64,000 bases of DNA from Cladosporium halotolerans. Taxonomy: Eukaryota. Under the pieces are notes generated by a model. The model saw nothing but the letters and a program-made list of their open reading frames with translations. It did no database searches and was not told where the DNA came from. The stretch spans positions 248,001 to 312,000 of the forward strand of contig NW_027191466.1 of the NCBI RefSeq assembly GCF_011745625.1. Direction: 5' to 3'. Of the stretch, positions 47,836 through 60,000 are shown one piece after another (the first letter of the stretch is position 1; every line of letters begins with the position of its first letter). The translations under genes were made by a program, and so were the position numbers.

Positions 47836-49960
47836 CTAGTCCGAACGCTCCGGCCAAGCATCGACCAGTCCTTCGTAGACGGTGACATTGCCGAAGCTGA
47901 TTTCCTCAGATCCCTCGACAATGAAACCAAGCTTGTTTGAGGCGCTGTACCAGGACCTGTTGAGATATTAGCAAACCGACTTGCGGAACAAGTATTGCAA
48001 CATGACTTACCAAACCCAGGTGCTCATGACGAAGCGGTCGTTGGCCCAAACCTCGACCACGGCATTGTCGACGATGATGGTCAGTTCGAGAGTCTCGACC
48101 TTGGAGCTGCCGGAGGGCTCACGAATGTCGAAAAGCCTGAGCTTGCCAGCTTCGACAGTCGTGAAAATGCCGGGCGTCAGAGCGGCGGCGGCACTGGAGT
48201 TGGCGCGGTCGATGATCATACTCTCGTTGTTGAATTCTACGGTGCATTGTTAGCAAGTTGTTCCCGCGTAATTGTTGGAGCTTATACGCACGATAGTAGA
48301 TGCTCGTCGACTCCTGCTCGGACTCAAGGATCCTGAAGCCAGCCTTGACATCACTGTCGTTGCCACGAGCGGACTTGGGGAAATCGATGCTAGCCTTCAT
48401 GACGTAGAACTTGGACTTGGGAGCGATGTCCAGGTCCGCGTTTGAGCTGAGATTGCGTGCAGGCTGGTGGTATGTCTCCTGCGCGTCGTCGGTGATAGCG
48501 CTGTAAAGCTCACGCACGATGCACTGGCGGAGGGTAGTGAGTTCGACGGTGCCGGTGCTGTTGTCGTGGCCAGTGACGAGCCAAGAAGCCTTCTCGTGAA
48601 CAAGGCTGTTGTCGACGACGTTCGGGATGGTTCCCTTGCTCAGCTCACGGGCGGTCAGAAGCGAGCCATCCCAGCCCTGTTGCGCCTTGGGGAAGTTGCT
48701 CTGGCCATAGTTGTCGTTGGTGAGCCAAACGTAGGACAGGTAACGGTCAACGGTAGTTCCGCTCTTCTTGGATGCTTGCGAAGAAGCAGGTACCAGCTTG
48801 CCAGCAGCGGCGTACGCCTCACTTCCCCAATCCAGGACACCAGCCATCGTAGGCTCAAACTGGATGGTGCCGTTCTCAGACAGGGATACATTGCCGTTGA
48901 TCCAGAGCATGTCGTGGTCCGGCGACTTCTGAAGAGGGACGGGGAAATCTCCTCCCTCAGTACCAATGGTAGTGAAGAAGTCGCTGGACTTGCCCTCGTT
49001 GCCATAGCCGGTCTCGGACAGGGTGAAAACGTTCGCAACTTCGAAATTCTGTTGATCTTGATGTCAGCTCACGTTGTTGTTGTTGTAAAGCCAGAAGTAC
49101 TCACGAATCCCCAACGACCGGCCCAGGTACCATCGCCCCAGGTCGTGTTCGAAGGCTCCGTCCACCACTCGCCCAGGTACTCCCAATCCCTGAACTCAGG
49201 ATCCACTTGGCGGTACAGGAATTGCGAGCATCGCGAGTCGTGCACGCCACCGGAGATGACATTGTACCAGGTACCATTGTTGCTGCCAAGCACTTCGTCG
49301 AAGTACTGGTTCTGAAAGACGAAGGGATCGCGGAAGGCGGTCACATTGAGCTGGTTAGAGCCTTGGGGCGCACCAGGGATGACGGGACCTTGATTGACCT
49401 TGGTGAAGTTACGTCCGCCGTCGGATGTCACCGCAAGAGATGCAGTCTCTGCGCCCTTGGTGTAAGGGATGGTCCAGTGGATCGGCAGATACGAGACGGA
49501 GGTGTATAGCAGGGTTGCTGAGCCATTGATGCCGTCAGGAATCACCGAACCGTCGAACACGGCAAGTGGGTCGTTCTTTCCGCCGGGCTCAATGAAGAGC
49601 GGGACATCGGGGTTGACGTCGCGGTAAGTCACAAGATCGTTGGTAATACCAGCAGCTGCACCAGAAGAGTTGTCCGAGCTGTACAGATATCCAACGTGGA
49701 ACGTTCCGGTTTTGGGGTCGGTGTAGTGCACTTGAGATTGGGATCAGCTACTACGTTACCCGCCCCCGGCTGCGATGTAACTCACTGCATGGATCACCAA
49801 TGTGCTCGGAGGGAGGCAAAACGTGAGCTTTCGGCCTCCATGTCTCAAAAATGCTGTTGTTTGCAAGAATAGAGAGATTAGGCGGTGCAGAGTTGTAATC
49901 AAGTCCGCCGTCCTGACGCTTAGCGTGCAGGCTCAAAAGGCCGGATACGAGGCTTGCCAT
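47836..49960 (-). CDS. GH32 beta-fructofuranosidase/fructosyltransferase (Aspergillus SucA/FopA type), 634 aa; exons 49960-49786, 49730-49105, 49048-48292, 48236-48011, 47956-47836
   Basis: WRPKAHVLP, IGDPC (nucleophile), AVFDGSV, FRDP, RWGFNFEV (acid/base), YAAAGK, IVDNAVVEV. Confidence 0.93.
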
Positions 49961-50589
49961 GGTGATGTTTTATCGAGTGGGAGTCGTGTGAAATCGTAGC
50001 CATTGTAGGAAAACCGCCTGCTATTATATGTTATGTCCATGTCTTCATCGATGCCATTGGGACTGGCCCGAAAGTCTTCCCGGAGGCCCTGGAGAACGGC
50101 GTCATCGCGGGCGTACTGACTTCGGCGTTTGAGGTACACTACGGTCGCTGTCGGCACGCTATGGAAGACGATCGTCGTCGCAATTGCAGTATGTAGCTTG
50201 GAGAAGATGGGAGATGTGGGCCGTACGGCTTGAATTGCCCGGGGAAGTGGAGAAGAAACTTTTCGGCCTCTTTGCGGCGTCATTGAGCCAAGGACCGACG
50301 ATGTCAACTCTTTCTTCTCACCAGCGTGTCGAAACAATGCTTTTAAATTGCGCGACAGTGACATCGGGATCGCAGACTAGGGCCGGTCTGAGTCGCTTAA
50401 ACGGCATGTGGACGACAAAAATGAACCGTCGCCCTCCGCATTGCCGTGTGAGGGGAAGCATGTGTAATCGACCTCGGGCATTGACAGAGCTCCAGTGCTC
50501 CCAATGAGCGGGGTGCTGCGCAGGTATATAGAACATTCTTCACCATCCTTCGTGCGTTCCATGCAGCTCCACAAACTCTAGGACCAAGT

Positions 50590-51751
50590 ATGGCCGACGG
50601 CAAGGAACGCACGGTCTTCCAAAAGGCTCAGGACCGCATATCCTCAATCGCTAGCTCGCTCACGGGAACATCCACCCACCACTTTCCAGAATTTGACCAG
50701 CTCCCAAAGGTGGAAGGCCAACCGCAAGGGTGCCTGTGGGGCTTTTTCGACAAGAACGGCGTTCGTGATGAAGTAGGCACGCTCAACTTGCTAAGCCCCG
50801 ATGTCGTCCGCCGCGCCGCGAGCGAGATCCGAACGGGCGAACACGTGCAGCTCGACTGGTGCTTGGAGAACGTCGAGTTCCCAGGCTTTGGTAGGAAGAA
50901 ATTTGAGCAGAAGGTGGTTGATCTGGCGTCACTAGGGTTCGCGGCGTTGGACGATGAAGTCTACATCAACACGCAGTCGGGTTCGCAATGGGATAGTCTG
51001 AAACACTTCGCTCACCAGAAGTCGCGGATGTACTACAACGGCCTCTCGCATGAGGAAGCTGCCCAGACTACCAAGAATGGTATCCACAACTGGTGCGAAA
51101 GAGGAGGCATAGTCGGGCGAGGCGTGTTGGTCGATTGGCTTAGCTGGGTATAGCTATCTTGCAGCTTGTCTTGCCTTCGAATATACTGACGAAGACAGTA
51201 CGAGAAAAAGCACGGCGACCCGCCATCCGCTGTCTCCCGCCATGAGATACCCGTATCCGAGATCGATGAATGCCTCAAGTGGCAAGGCACTGCTACTCGA
51301 CCAGGTGACATTCTCATGATTCGATCGGGCTACGTCCGCTGGCACAACTACGCTCCGCCGGAAGAGCGCCGCAACGGCACGGAGAAATCCAGCAAAGCGA
51401 TCGGGCTGCAGAACAACGAGACGACAGTCCGCTGGTTGTACGGCCATCACTTTGCTGCCTTGGCGGGTGACACTGTCGCCTTTGAGGCTTGGCCGCCGCC
51501 AATGGAGACAGGATGGTACGCACCTCGTGGCTTTAGCAATAGGTTTCTAGAGAACTGACCAGTATCGTCACAGGTGCCTGCATGAATGGCTCTTGACGGA
51601 ATGGGGTACTCCGATCGGCGAGATGTGGGATCTTGAGACTTTGAGCAAGGTCTGCGAGAAGGAAGGAAGGTGGACATTCTTCCTAACCAGCGCGCCCTTA
51701 CATGTCAAGGGTGGCGTTGGCAGCCCGCCAGGCGCCATAGCGATCTTCTGA
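50590..51751 (+). CDS. Putative cyclase family (kynurenine-formamidase-like metal hydrolase), 350 aa; join(50590..51147,51199..51515,51574..51751)
   Basis: DEVGTLNLL, NTQSGSQWDSLKH, GGIVGRGVLVD, GDILMIRSG, GDTVAFEAWP, LHEWLL..WGTPIGEMWDL, GGVGSPP. Confidence 0.9.
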
Positions 51752-52093
51752 GCGCATACTCGAAATCGGTGGCGGAACAACAAGCATGCTTTCCGCGCAT
51801 GTCCGTAGCTTAGTTGAACGAGTAATTCAGTTCTGTAATTAATCTAAATAGTAATCCAATAAGTCGTGACTCTCGGAGTTCATAGCCAGCGCAGCCAGCC
51901 TTCTAAAGAAATGGAAGATTCGCCGCTACTTCGTTAAATCGACGTAATCAACCTCATGATACCAACCCTAGTGGTGACGGCCAGTGCCTCTTGAACGAAT
52001 GGCCACCCACGTCAGGTGACGGACGCCAAACGCTCGCTCCCATGCCAAACAATCAATTCAAAATAACCCCAATGCGGAGTATCTACACACCCT

Positions 52094-53349
52094 TCAGCCC
52101 CTCCTTCTGCTCCTAGTAGCACGCTGAGAAGTAGTTGAGCCGGTCACCTCAACTCCTTTGTGTCCGTCATTATACAGAGCACGTTGGACGGTGGGCTCGT
52201 TCGAGTATCCATCGGCCGCCGGCGCCTGCTCCGGGTGGGTTTCCATGATCGCCTCCGCCTTCTCTCTTGCTGCGCGCACGCTGCCCTGCTTCTTGATGGG
52301 CTTCTTCTCTTGTGGGTGGTAGTGGACCTCTTTGCCCAAGCCCTTGGTGCCGTAAGGCGGAGGGAAGCGGGTGCGGATCGTCTGAATCATCTTAGAAAAC
52401 CAGAAGACGTTGAGGAGGTTCAGAGTGATGTTGGAGGCAAGATATGCGGCACCGAGCCAAAGCGGCAGGTAGCGCAGCTCCATAAAGGCCGTGGTCTGGC
52501 CAACGGGGTGTGAGAGGTCACCGTGGTGCGGAAACTCGGCGGCAAGATCCATGAACTTCTTCGGCACAGTGTATCCCTCGTTGATTGCGCGGTAGACGTC
52601 TTTGAAGACCAGGTAGCTGCTGTAGTTGCCCCAGAGGATGCGGCAGCAGAAGAAAGTGGTGGTGAGGAAAGCGCCGTTGACAGCCTGGTAGATGGAACCG
52701 GTGAGGTCAAGCTTGTCGCAGAACCAGTGAATGTTGAGGAACGGGCTCGAAAGCTCGTAAAGAAGGAACACGGGGCAATAGTAGTAGACGAACGGACGCT
52801 GCCACTCAGTGATTAGCATGTCAAACTGAAGACTAGATCAAGGAGAGAACTCACGAATCCGAAGGAGAAGACTGTCACAGCTGAGACAGCATGCGCGAGC
52901 ATTCCCACACCGAAGACCTTGACATACCGCGCGCACATGTACAAGTCCCAAAGGAAGTATCCCAGTGCAAAGCTTTGCAGCAGTCCGGTCATGCCATCGT
53001 AGCCCCAAATTCTCTTCTCCCAGTTGTTGGGATCGCGCCAAGTCTTGCGCTCCTCATCGAAGAAGATCACGTACAAGCTGAGAGTGTTGATGAGGCAACT
53101 CTGCACGAACGAGACGACGTGCACATCCCAGCTGATCCTGGTGCGGCGGTTGAGCTTCTGGTAAGTCTGCGGGCAGAAACGGTTGGAGATGAGCGGCGAG
53201 ACGACGTTGGCGATGAAGGTGTAGAGGCCAAGAGCGAAGAGAACCTCGTGGGCGTGCAGAGGAAGGGTGGGCAGAGCGCACAAGTCGGCGATGTACTGGA
53301 AGGCAGATCGCACGGCGACGGGCGCCTGAATTGGGTTGGGATCGAGCAT
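52094..53349 (-). CDS. TLC (TRAM/LAG1/CLN8) domain membrane protein, TMEM56/DUF887-like, 399 aa; exons 53349-52855, 52798-52094
   Basis: WDVHVVS, GYFLWDL, FLLYELSSPFLNIHWF, FFCCRILWG, LNVFWFSKMI. Confidence 0.9.
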
Positions 53350-53798
53350 GGCGCAGGTCTACCTGACGGCGACGGTAGGCAAAGGAGAGGAGGCGGGATG
53401 GTATGAGCTGGGGCGAGGTGGCACTTATGATCCCATGGCAGCCAGCGGGCGGTATCACGAGTCGTGGGCAGCGTGAGAAAGTCACGATGGAGAATTGCGC
53501 GCCTCGAGTTGTGTTGTTGGACGCATGCCTCAGCCTCGGCCCGCTACGGCCGACCGTCTTCAGGGTCTTTGGTTGTCCCTCCCTCGGATTGGCTTTCAGC
53601 CAGCCCCCATGAACCGCGGTGGCTTGCCCCATGCATCCTCCTTTTACACAAACGGACGGCAACACGTTGCTAACTACTTTTCCATACAGCTGTGGTGTTA
53701 TGAACACTGCGAAGCTCTTGCTATGCTGTGATCTACGTAACGGACCTCGCTTGATACAGATCCACACCATGCAGACACCAATACAGGAAGTCTAGTGG

Positions 53799-55795
53799 TT
53801 AAAGAGAGCTCATCAGCCAATCCATATCGAGGAAATCATCAAGAAGCGGTAACTCCGCCACGCCTATTTCTCCAACTGAGTCCGGTGTCATTGTGAAGGT
53901 GGCTCTTTGACTGTCCGTCTGCTGGATTCTCACTGCCCACGTTGAGCGCATCACCTGCAGATGGCCCGTTATTCGTCTCAGAGAATCTTCTCCATAGGCA
54001 TCACTTTCTCTGGAAGCTTCTTGGAATCTGTCGATTGTCTTGTCGATGATCGCAAGGATATCGATTTGTCGGCGCACCTCTCCAGTATCCCAACCGGGAC
54101 ATTCCATGGTTGAGAGGTGGTACAGAAGACCGAGGCAAAGGCGTAGCTGTGTGAAAATAGCAAAAGGGATGCCAATCACGTCACTCGTCTTGATCTCGAA
54201 GAAGTTGTCAAACACCGTCTGGATCAAATCAAGGCAAGCGGTCAAGTTCGTGAGCTGCATTGGGTTCTGGTTGCAGTCCACCGTCAATGATTTCCATGAC
54301 ACTGCCATGCATCGAATCTGGAGTTTTGCGGCGTGGTGCCAACCACGCAAAGTCACTATGAACTAATCAGCCTGCAGCTCTATGAAAGTGACAGCACAAC
54401 ATTCGCCCTACCGTTGTCTTGCATGTTGGCGGACAGATCATTTCTGAGCTTGTCCAACTCTACTTGCATGGATTGCATGTAAATCATCGGCAGCGACTCA
54501 TTCTCTTGTGTTGCTTCAAACGTGGTGTGATAATGCTGAAATCACACATTGTCAGTCTGATGAAGCTTCAGTCTGCACGCTACACTCACCAGAGACAGAT
54601 TCGCCTTCTCGACAATGCGGCTGATCTTCACTTGTTGCACGAGAACAGCGTCGAGCGGAGACTCTGGGTTCCGTTCCAGAGCGCGAAGGCAATCCTCCAT
54701 GTGAGCTGTCCAGCGCAGGGCGTCGGACCTCACCAGCCTGTGTACGTTAGCTAAGGACCTTGTGAGTGAGGGTTGAGACCTGACTGTGTGGCAACTTCAA
54801 ACGATCCATCTAGTCCTACCACTCACCCTGATGATATTACAAACCAAGCTAAAACGGCTCTTCGCTCCTCCATTGTTCGCTCGATACTCAAGTCCGCTTT
54901 CGGATTCAGTAAGTGGAAGCAGCGCATATGAGGCGGATCATTTTGCATCGAGTGGTTGAGCCCAAGATCGGTTATCATAGATAACGCTAGTCGGCTATAG
55001 ATGGAAGCAGCAGTTTTGATTGTGTCGATCGATGGCCTGGGTGTGCAGGAAAGCCTATGGCGAAGTAGCTAAGTCAGATCTACAACAAGCCACATGATGT
55101 CAATCGGACTTACCATCCAAGGAATGTGAGCAAGCCGAGAAGCAGGTCGATAGACGGCTCAGGCTTGACGATGAGCTTCTGGGCCAACGTTTCACGCATG
55201 ATCTCGAAAAGCTGTAGCTGCCGGGCTACATGTCTCGTCGATATCGCGCACATGCAAAGCATCAAGAAAGGTCTGTGCGCCAACAGTTGTATTGCGGTGG
55301 TGTCGGGTGGGATGAATATGTAGGGCAAGAACTTGAGCATGTGAGCATCAAAGTCGGCAAGGCTGGCTTCTGTCTCCTCCAGAGTAACTCCAGGATAGTC
55401 GATGCCCGACGATGCTACGGCTTCAGGTGCAGGTGTCTTGATCGCATTCGTGGTTGAAAGCATGGAAACAAGATCATCCAGTTTTCGCTCGAGACGAGAT
55501 GTGTCTGACGCAGCAGGCGATTTTGCGACTCGTCCAGATCGAACATTATCAGACTTCAGCTTGCGTTTACTGGTGGAGGATAGGCACGTCTTTCTGAGAC
55601 GATAGCAGCTGAGCTGGTGTTAGCGATCAACGCCTTCTTATACGCTTGATCATCATCCGCCTTATGCAATCAAGTAATATCATGGGCGTACCGCTCGCAT
55701 GCTTCGCCCTGTTCGCCCACGACGCACTTGCACTTGGCTCGAACGCATTCCTGACAGGCTAGTCCGTAAGCTGCAGGTGTCCCCGTTGTCTCCAT
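53799..55795 (-). CDS. Zn(II)2Cys6 transcription factor, ~551 aa; exons 55795-55692, 55608-55114, 55054-54827, 54737-54590, 54535-54412, 54355-53799
   Basis: ACQECVRAKCKC...CERCYRLRKTC cluster split by an intron; RPFL, SIDLLLGLL, TMEERRAVL, DALRWT; one acceptor ambiguous. Confidence 0.85.
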
Positions 55796-57026
55796 GATTT
55801 CGGATACGCCGGCTTGAGCCTCAAGAGGCGTCTTCAACGCAGCCTTCTCCGCTGTTGAATCCCGGGCTGCCAAAAGCTGGTCGGTCACGATGTGTAGCCT
55901 GCAGAAGGCCTTGACGGTTGCGCGCGATGATGCTGACGGGATTTGGTATGAGAAAGATCATTCATGAGCACTGTCTTTTTCTTATTTCAGAGTATAGAAG
56001 GCCGTGGGCTGCTTCAACGAGCATCACAGCTGAGGTTCAACGAGCGGACATGGATCGGATTTAAGCTCGAAATCCGTCTCGCCTAAATAGGTACCTTGCA
56101 GGATCAAGTGATTCCAATCAAAAAACATGCGTTTCGGTGTATAAGTACCTGAATGTAGCATCATCTGATATGCGAGCCGGTCTCAGTCGTACCCATCTGT
56201 GTTCGTTTCGTTCGGATCTTATTCGCTCTATTACCAGTAGGTTCATCGACCACGCACATCTGAAGGCTCGCGGCGCGTTGCCTGTGACTCTCTCGGAAGA
56301 GGTGTCATTTCCGACTGGCATGAAGATGATAAGACCACTGCTCGACCACATATCTTGAAAATCTCGGTGAAAGTGAAGGTCGCATCCGTCATGGTCGGTC
56401 ATGTTCTGTCGGCGCGAACGACCCAAGTGTTGACCCCGCTGCTGGGTTTGATGAGGTGGGTGGTGCGACAGACTTTTGAATGCGTGGGGTGAAAATGTGC
56501 CCTGTTTCAACAGCTGGAATAGAATCGGTACCCCATCGCATGCGTGATTCACACGTTCTACTGTGAGAATCGGCAAATGGAAGTATTGTATCGCAAAGCC
56601 AATCGAATCCACACTATCATCTTGTGCATAAAGGGTGGAGTGGAATAAAGTTCATCGCGCGAGCGGCCGCACGTGCCCACGCGATGCGATCCGCGTTCGT
56701 AAGGGGCATCTCGAACGTGCCCGCAACGGTGCCCTCCTGATCGATGTCTTAGGCTGGGGAAGACAAGACTCTCTGCGCGGCCGGTGCTGCTTGTCTCTGC
56801 TATTCAAGCTATTACTTTCTCTTTTCCTATGCTGCACTAACCATTCGTTCTTTACCGCCAGTTACGACCACGACGCTCTCTGGACAGCGGTTCTCGCTAG
56901 CGTGCAACAGGACGCCATTGGCGAAATTGCTAAGAACAGACCAGACAAGGATACATGGCTTTCCCTAGGGCATAGTTCCGGGGTCCTGCTGGCTTGGACC
57001 GGTCCATTGTGAACCGCTTTCCAACG

Positions 57027-60000
57027 ATGCACGAGGAGGAAAGCAAAATGTTAGCCGACCAGCCGGCCATGTCCACCGCTGCGGGTAAAGAGCAGGTCGT
57101 TGAAGAAGGAGTGCATGATAATAGTGAGGGACAACGGCAAAGCATGGAAAAGACAGTTGGTTCAGTGGAGCAAAGGTCTGAGGTTGGCGATCACAAAACA
57201 GAAGCGAAAGAGCAAGAGAGCTTGGTGGAAGAACAGGCGCTCGATAAGGACGTCGACAAGCAGGACGAGAAAGCGATCGAAAGGAAGCCGCTCGAGGAGG
57301 CTTTGGACAAACAGGGCAACAGTGCGGTCGGAAGAAAGTCCCTGGATGATGATTTGCACCAGCAGGACGATGTCGTGGTCAAGGGCGAGTCACTAGATGA
57401 GGATTTGGACAAGGAGGACGATGTCGTGGTCAAGAGAGAGTCACTAGACGAGGTTTCGGACAAGCAGGACGAGAGCAGTATCGAGAGGAAATCGCTTGAT
57501 GAGGAGCCAGACAAGCCGGACGCTGTGAGAGATTCATCGCCTGAATCCGACGTTGTTAATCGCCCTTCTCTCGACACCAGTGAAGGGTCGGACGACCCCA
57601 CTGAAAAGGCGCTGTCTGACGACGGATCGTCACAGGATAAGAAGCTTTCTCTGGACACAAGCAACACCACAAATGAGGGCGAGACCACCCCAGAAGTGTC
57701 AGACGGAGAGAGCACAGATTCATTAGCATCAGAGCTTGTCGAATCACCCAATCCACAAACGCCGACCACACCAGAAGGGATCCGCATTTCGAATGCTAGC
57801 ATGACATCGGTCCCACTCTCCGAAACCGACATGTCCTACGATCACCTCTCGGCCGAGCAAGTCGAAGATTTTCTCGCAACTCCTCGAAACAATGGAAGCA
57901 AGCACATTCGAAGGCCTAGCAGTCTCGAGATCCTTCAGGGCGGTTGGGAGCCAGCAAGACAGAGTACGCTATTTGATGCGAACAAACCCTCAGCTCCAGT
58001 GACCCCGGAGCTTCTCCAAGGAGAAACTATGGGTGCTGCGCAAGGTGTTACTTCCGCGGCTAAAGGGCATGAATCATCTCGCGCTCAAAGCATAGCGAGC
58101 AGCAATGTCACTCCTACGCGTGGATCACAATCCTCCGAAGATGAGGCTAACGAGGTAGACTGGAAACAACTGGAACGTCACGAATGGCAAGAAAAATCAG
58201 ACAAGGAGATTCCCGAAGGCGCCGAGGATGATTCTACGGCATTTCTGCTGGCCCGTCTGGAACAGGAAAACGCGATCCTCAACTCAGATCCAAAGGCTGC
58301 TACGCACAAGCACGTCAAGAAAAGGGGACGAGGACAGAGCCGGCCACCCAGCATGGCCCATCTCAGGAAGCTTGTCACGCAGACCGATGCACCCTCAATT
58401 CGGTACAGCATGGCTCCTGAGATGCTGCCCGAGGAGCCACCGCCCATGACTGAGCTTGAGTTCTGGACCGCGCTTGTTCAGGATTATCCATCTACAGCTG
58501 CTCGATTGCCGACATTAACGACATCAAAGATCCGAGCCGGTATTCCGCCGCCGCTGCGTGGTGTCGTCTGGGCAAGCATGGCCGGTGCTAGAGACAGATC
58601 GCTGGAGGACGCCTTCGATCGCCTACTGGACGAGAAGAGCCCGTATGAGGGCATTATCAATAAGGACGTCGGTCGCTCATTCCCTGGCGTTGATTTGTTC
58701 CGCGACGCTGGGGGTGACGGCCAGAAGATGCTGGGCCGAGTGCTGAAATGTTTCTCTCTTCACGACAAGGACATCGGATATTGTCAAGGATTGGGCTTCT
58801 TGGTGGGACCGCTTTTGATGAACATGGGCGAGAGGGAGGCATTCTGCACCCTCGTCCGTCTGATGGATCACTATTCGCTCCAGCCATCATTCCTCCCATC
58901 GTTATCCGGCCTTCACATGAGGATCTACCAATTCAGTGCGCTTCTGAAGCAGCTCTGCCCGGATCTCTCCAATCACTTGAACGAAATGGGTGTCGAGCCG
59001 GCGTATCTCAGCCAGTGGTTCTTGTCTTGCTTTGCTGTGACATGCCCGCTGCCGATGCTTTTCCGCATGTACGACGTGATCTTCGCCGAAGGAGCAAACG
59101 AGACCGTCATGCGCGTGGCTCTCGCAATCATGCGAAGAAACGAGCAGAAACTTCTCGCGAGCTCAGAGTTCGAAGAGGTGATGCACTTACTGCTCGGCCG
59201 AACGGTCTTTGACAGCTATGGCTGCAACGCAGACGAGCTGGTAGACGACTTTACAAGCCTCGATGACGTTATCACACACGCGCGGCTTGCTGAGCTTGAA
59301 AAGGAGTTCGAGATGCAGTCCAAGGAGGCTGTGGGCGAAAAGGCTGGCTTCTTGCCCGACGTGCAAGCGGCTGCAAGCAGATTCCTGGGGCGGCTTTGGG
59401 CGCCATCACACTCTTCTACCAAATCCACCAGTACTCTCTCACCCAACTCTGCAGAAAAGGACCGCAATTCTAGACTGCGCAGGAGCGCCAGCAAGCAAAG
59501 CATCAGCACCATCAACGACAGCAATGATGGCAGTAGCAGTGGCGTAGTTAGTCTCGCTAGCACAGCACCCACGGAGACTGACGCGGACATGGCACGAGAG
59601 AGCATGGCAGAGACGATGAGCTTCAAATCCAAGGCGGACTCGGTACGCACGCAGTCCGCTACGCCCGTACCGGGTCTAAGCAAAGAGGACAGGGACATGC
59701 ACAGCCAGATCGAGGATCTGCTCACTGCTCTTAGCGAGATGCAGAGGGAACATGCTCAGCTGGCTGCGATGTTGCAAAAGGAACGCGAAGACCGAAATGA
59801 TGACCACCGTGTCGTGCGCCAACTCGTGAATCGCATCCAGAACGGCGAGGAGGAATCAAGTACGACTCCCGAGGAGCGAAGGCGCACAATGCAGCCACCG
59901 CCTCGCAATCATACTCACCATCGCCAACTGAGCCAGCCAGTCAAGCCGCAGAATGGTCCCAAGCAAGAATTGAACGACATTCTGGAAAGAGTGAACGACA

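Noticed and set aside
54738..54827. Possible second [D1,2] stwintron in the Zn2Cys6 TF (G-GTGAGT...CACAG-TCAGG...)
   Set aside because: Two-step splicing gives TCA GGC TGG TGA (stop), and the inner part lacks a good branch site. A single GTGAGT..CAG intron keeps the frame (SSGLVRSDALRW).
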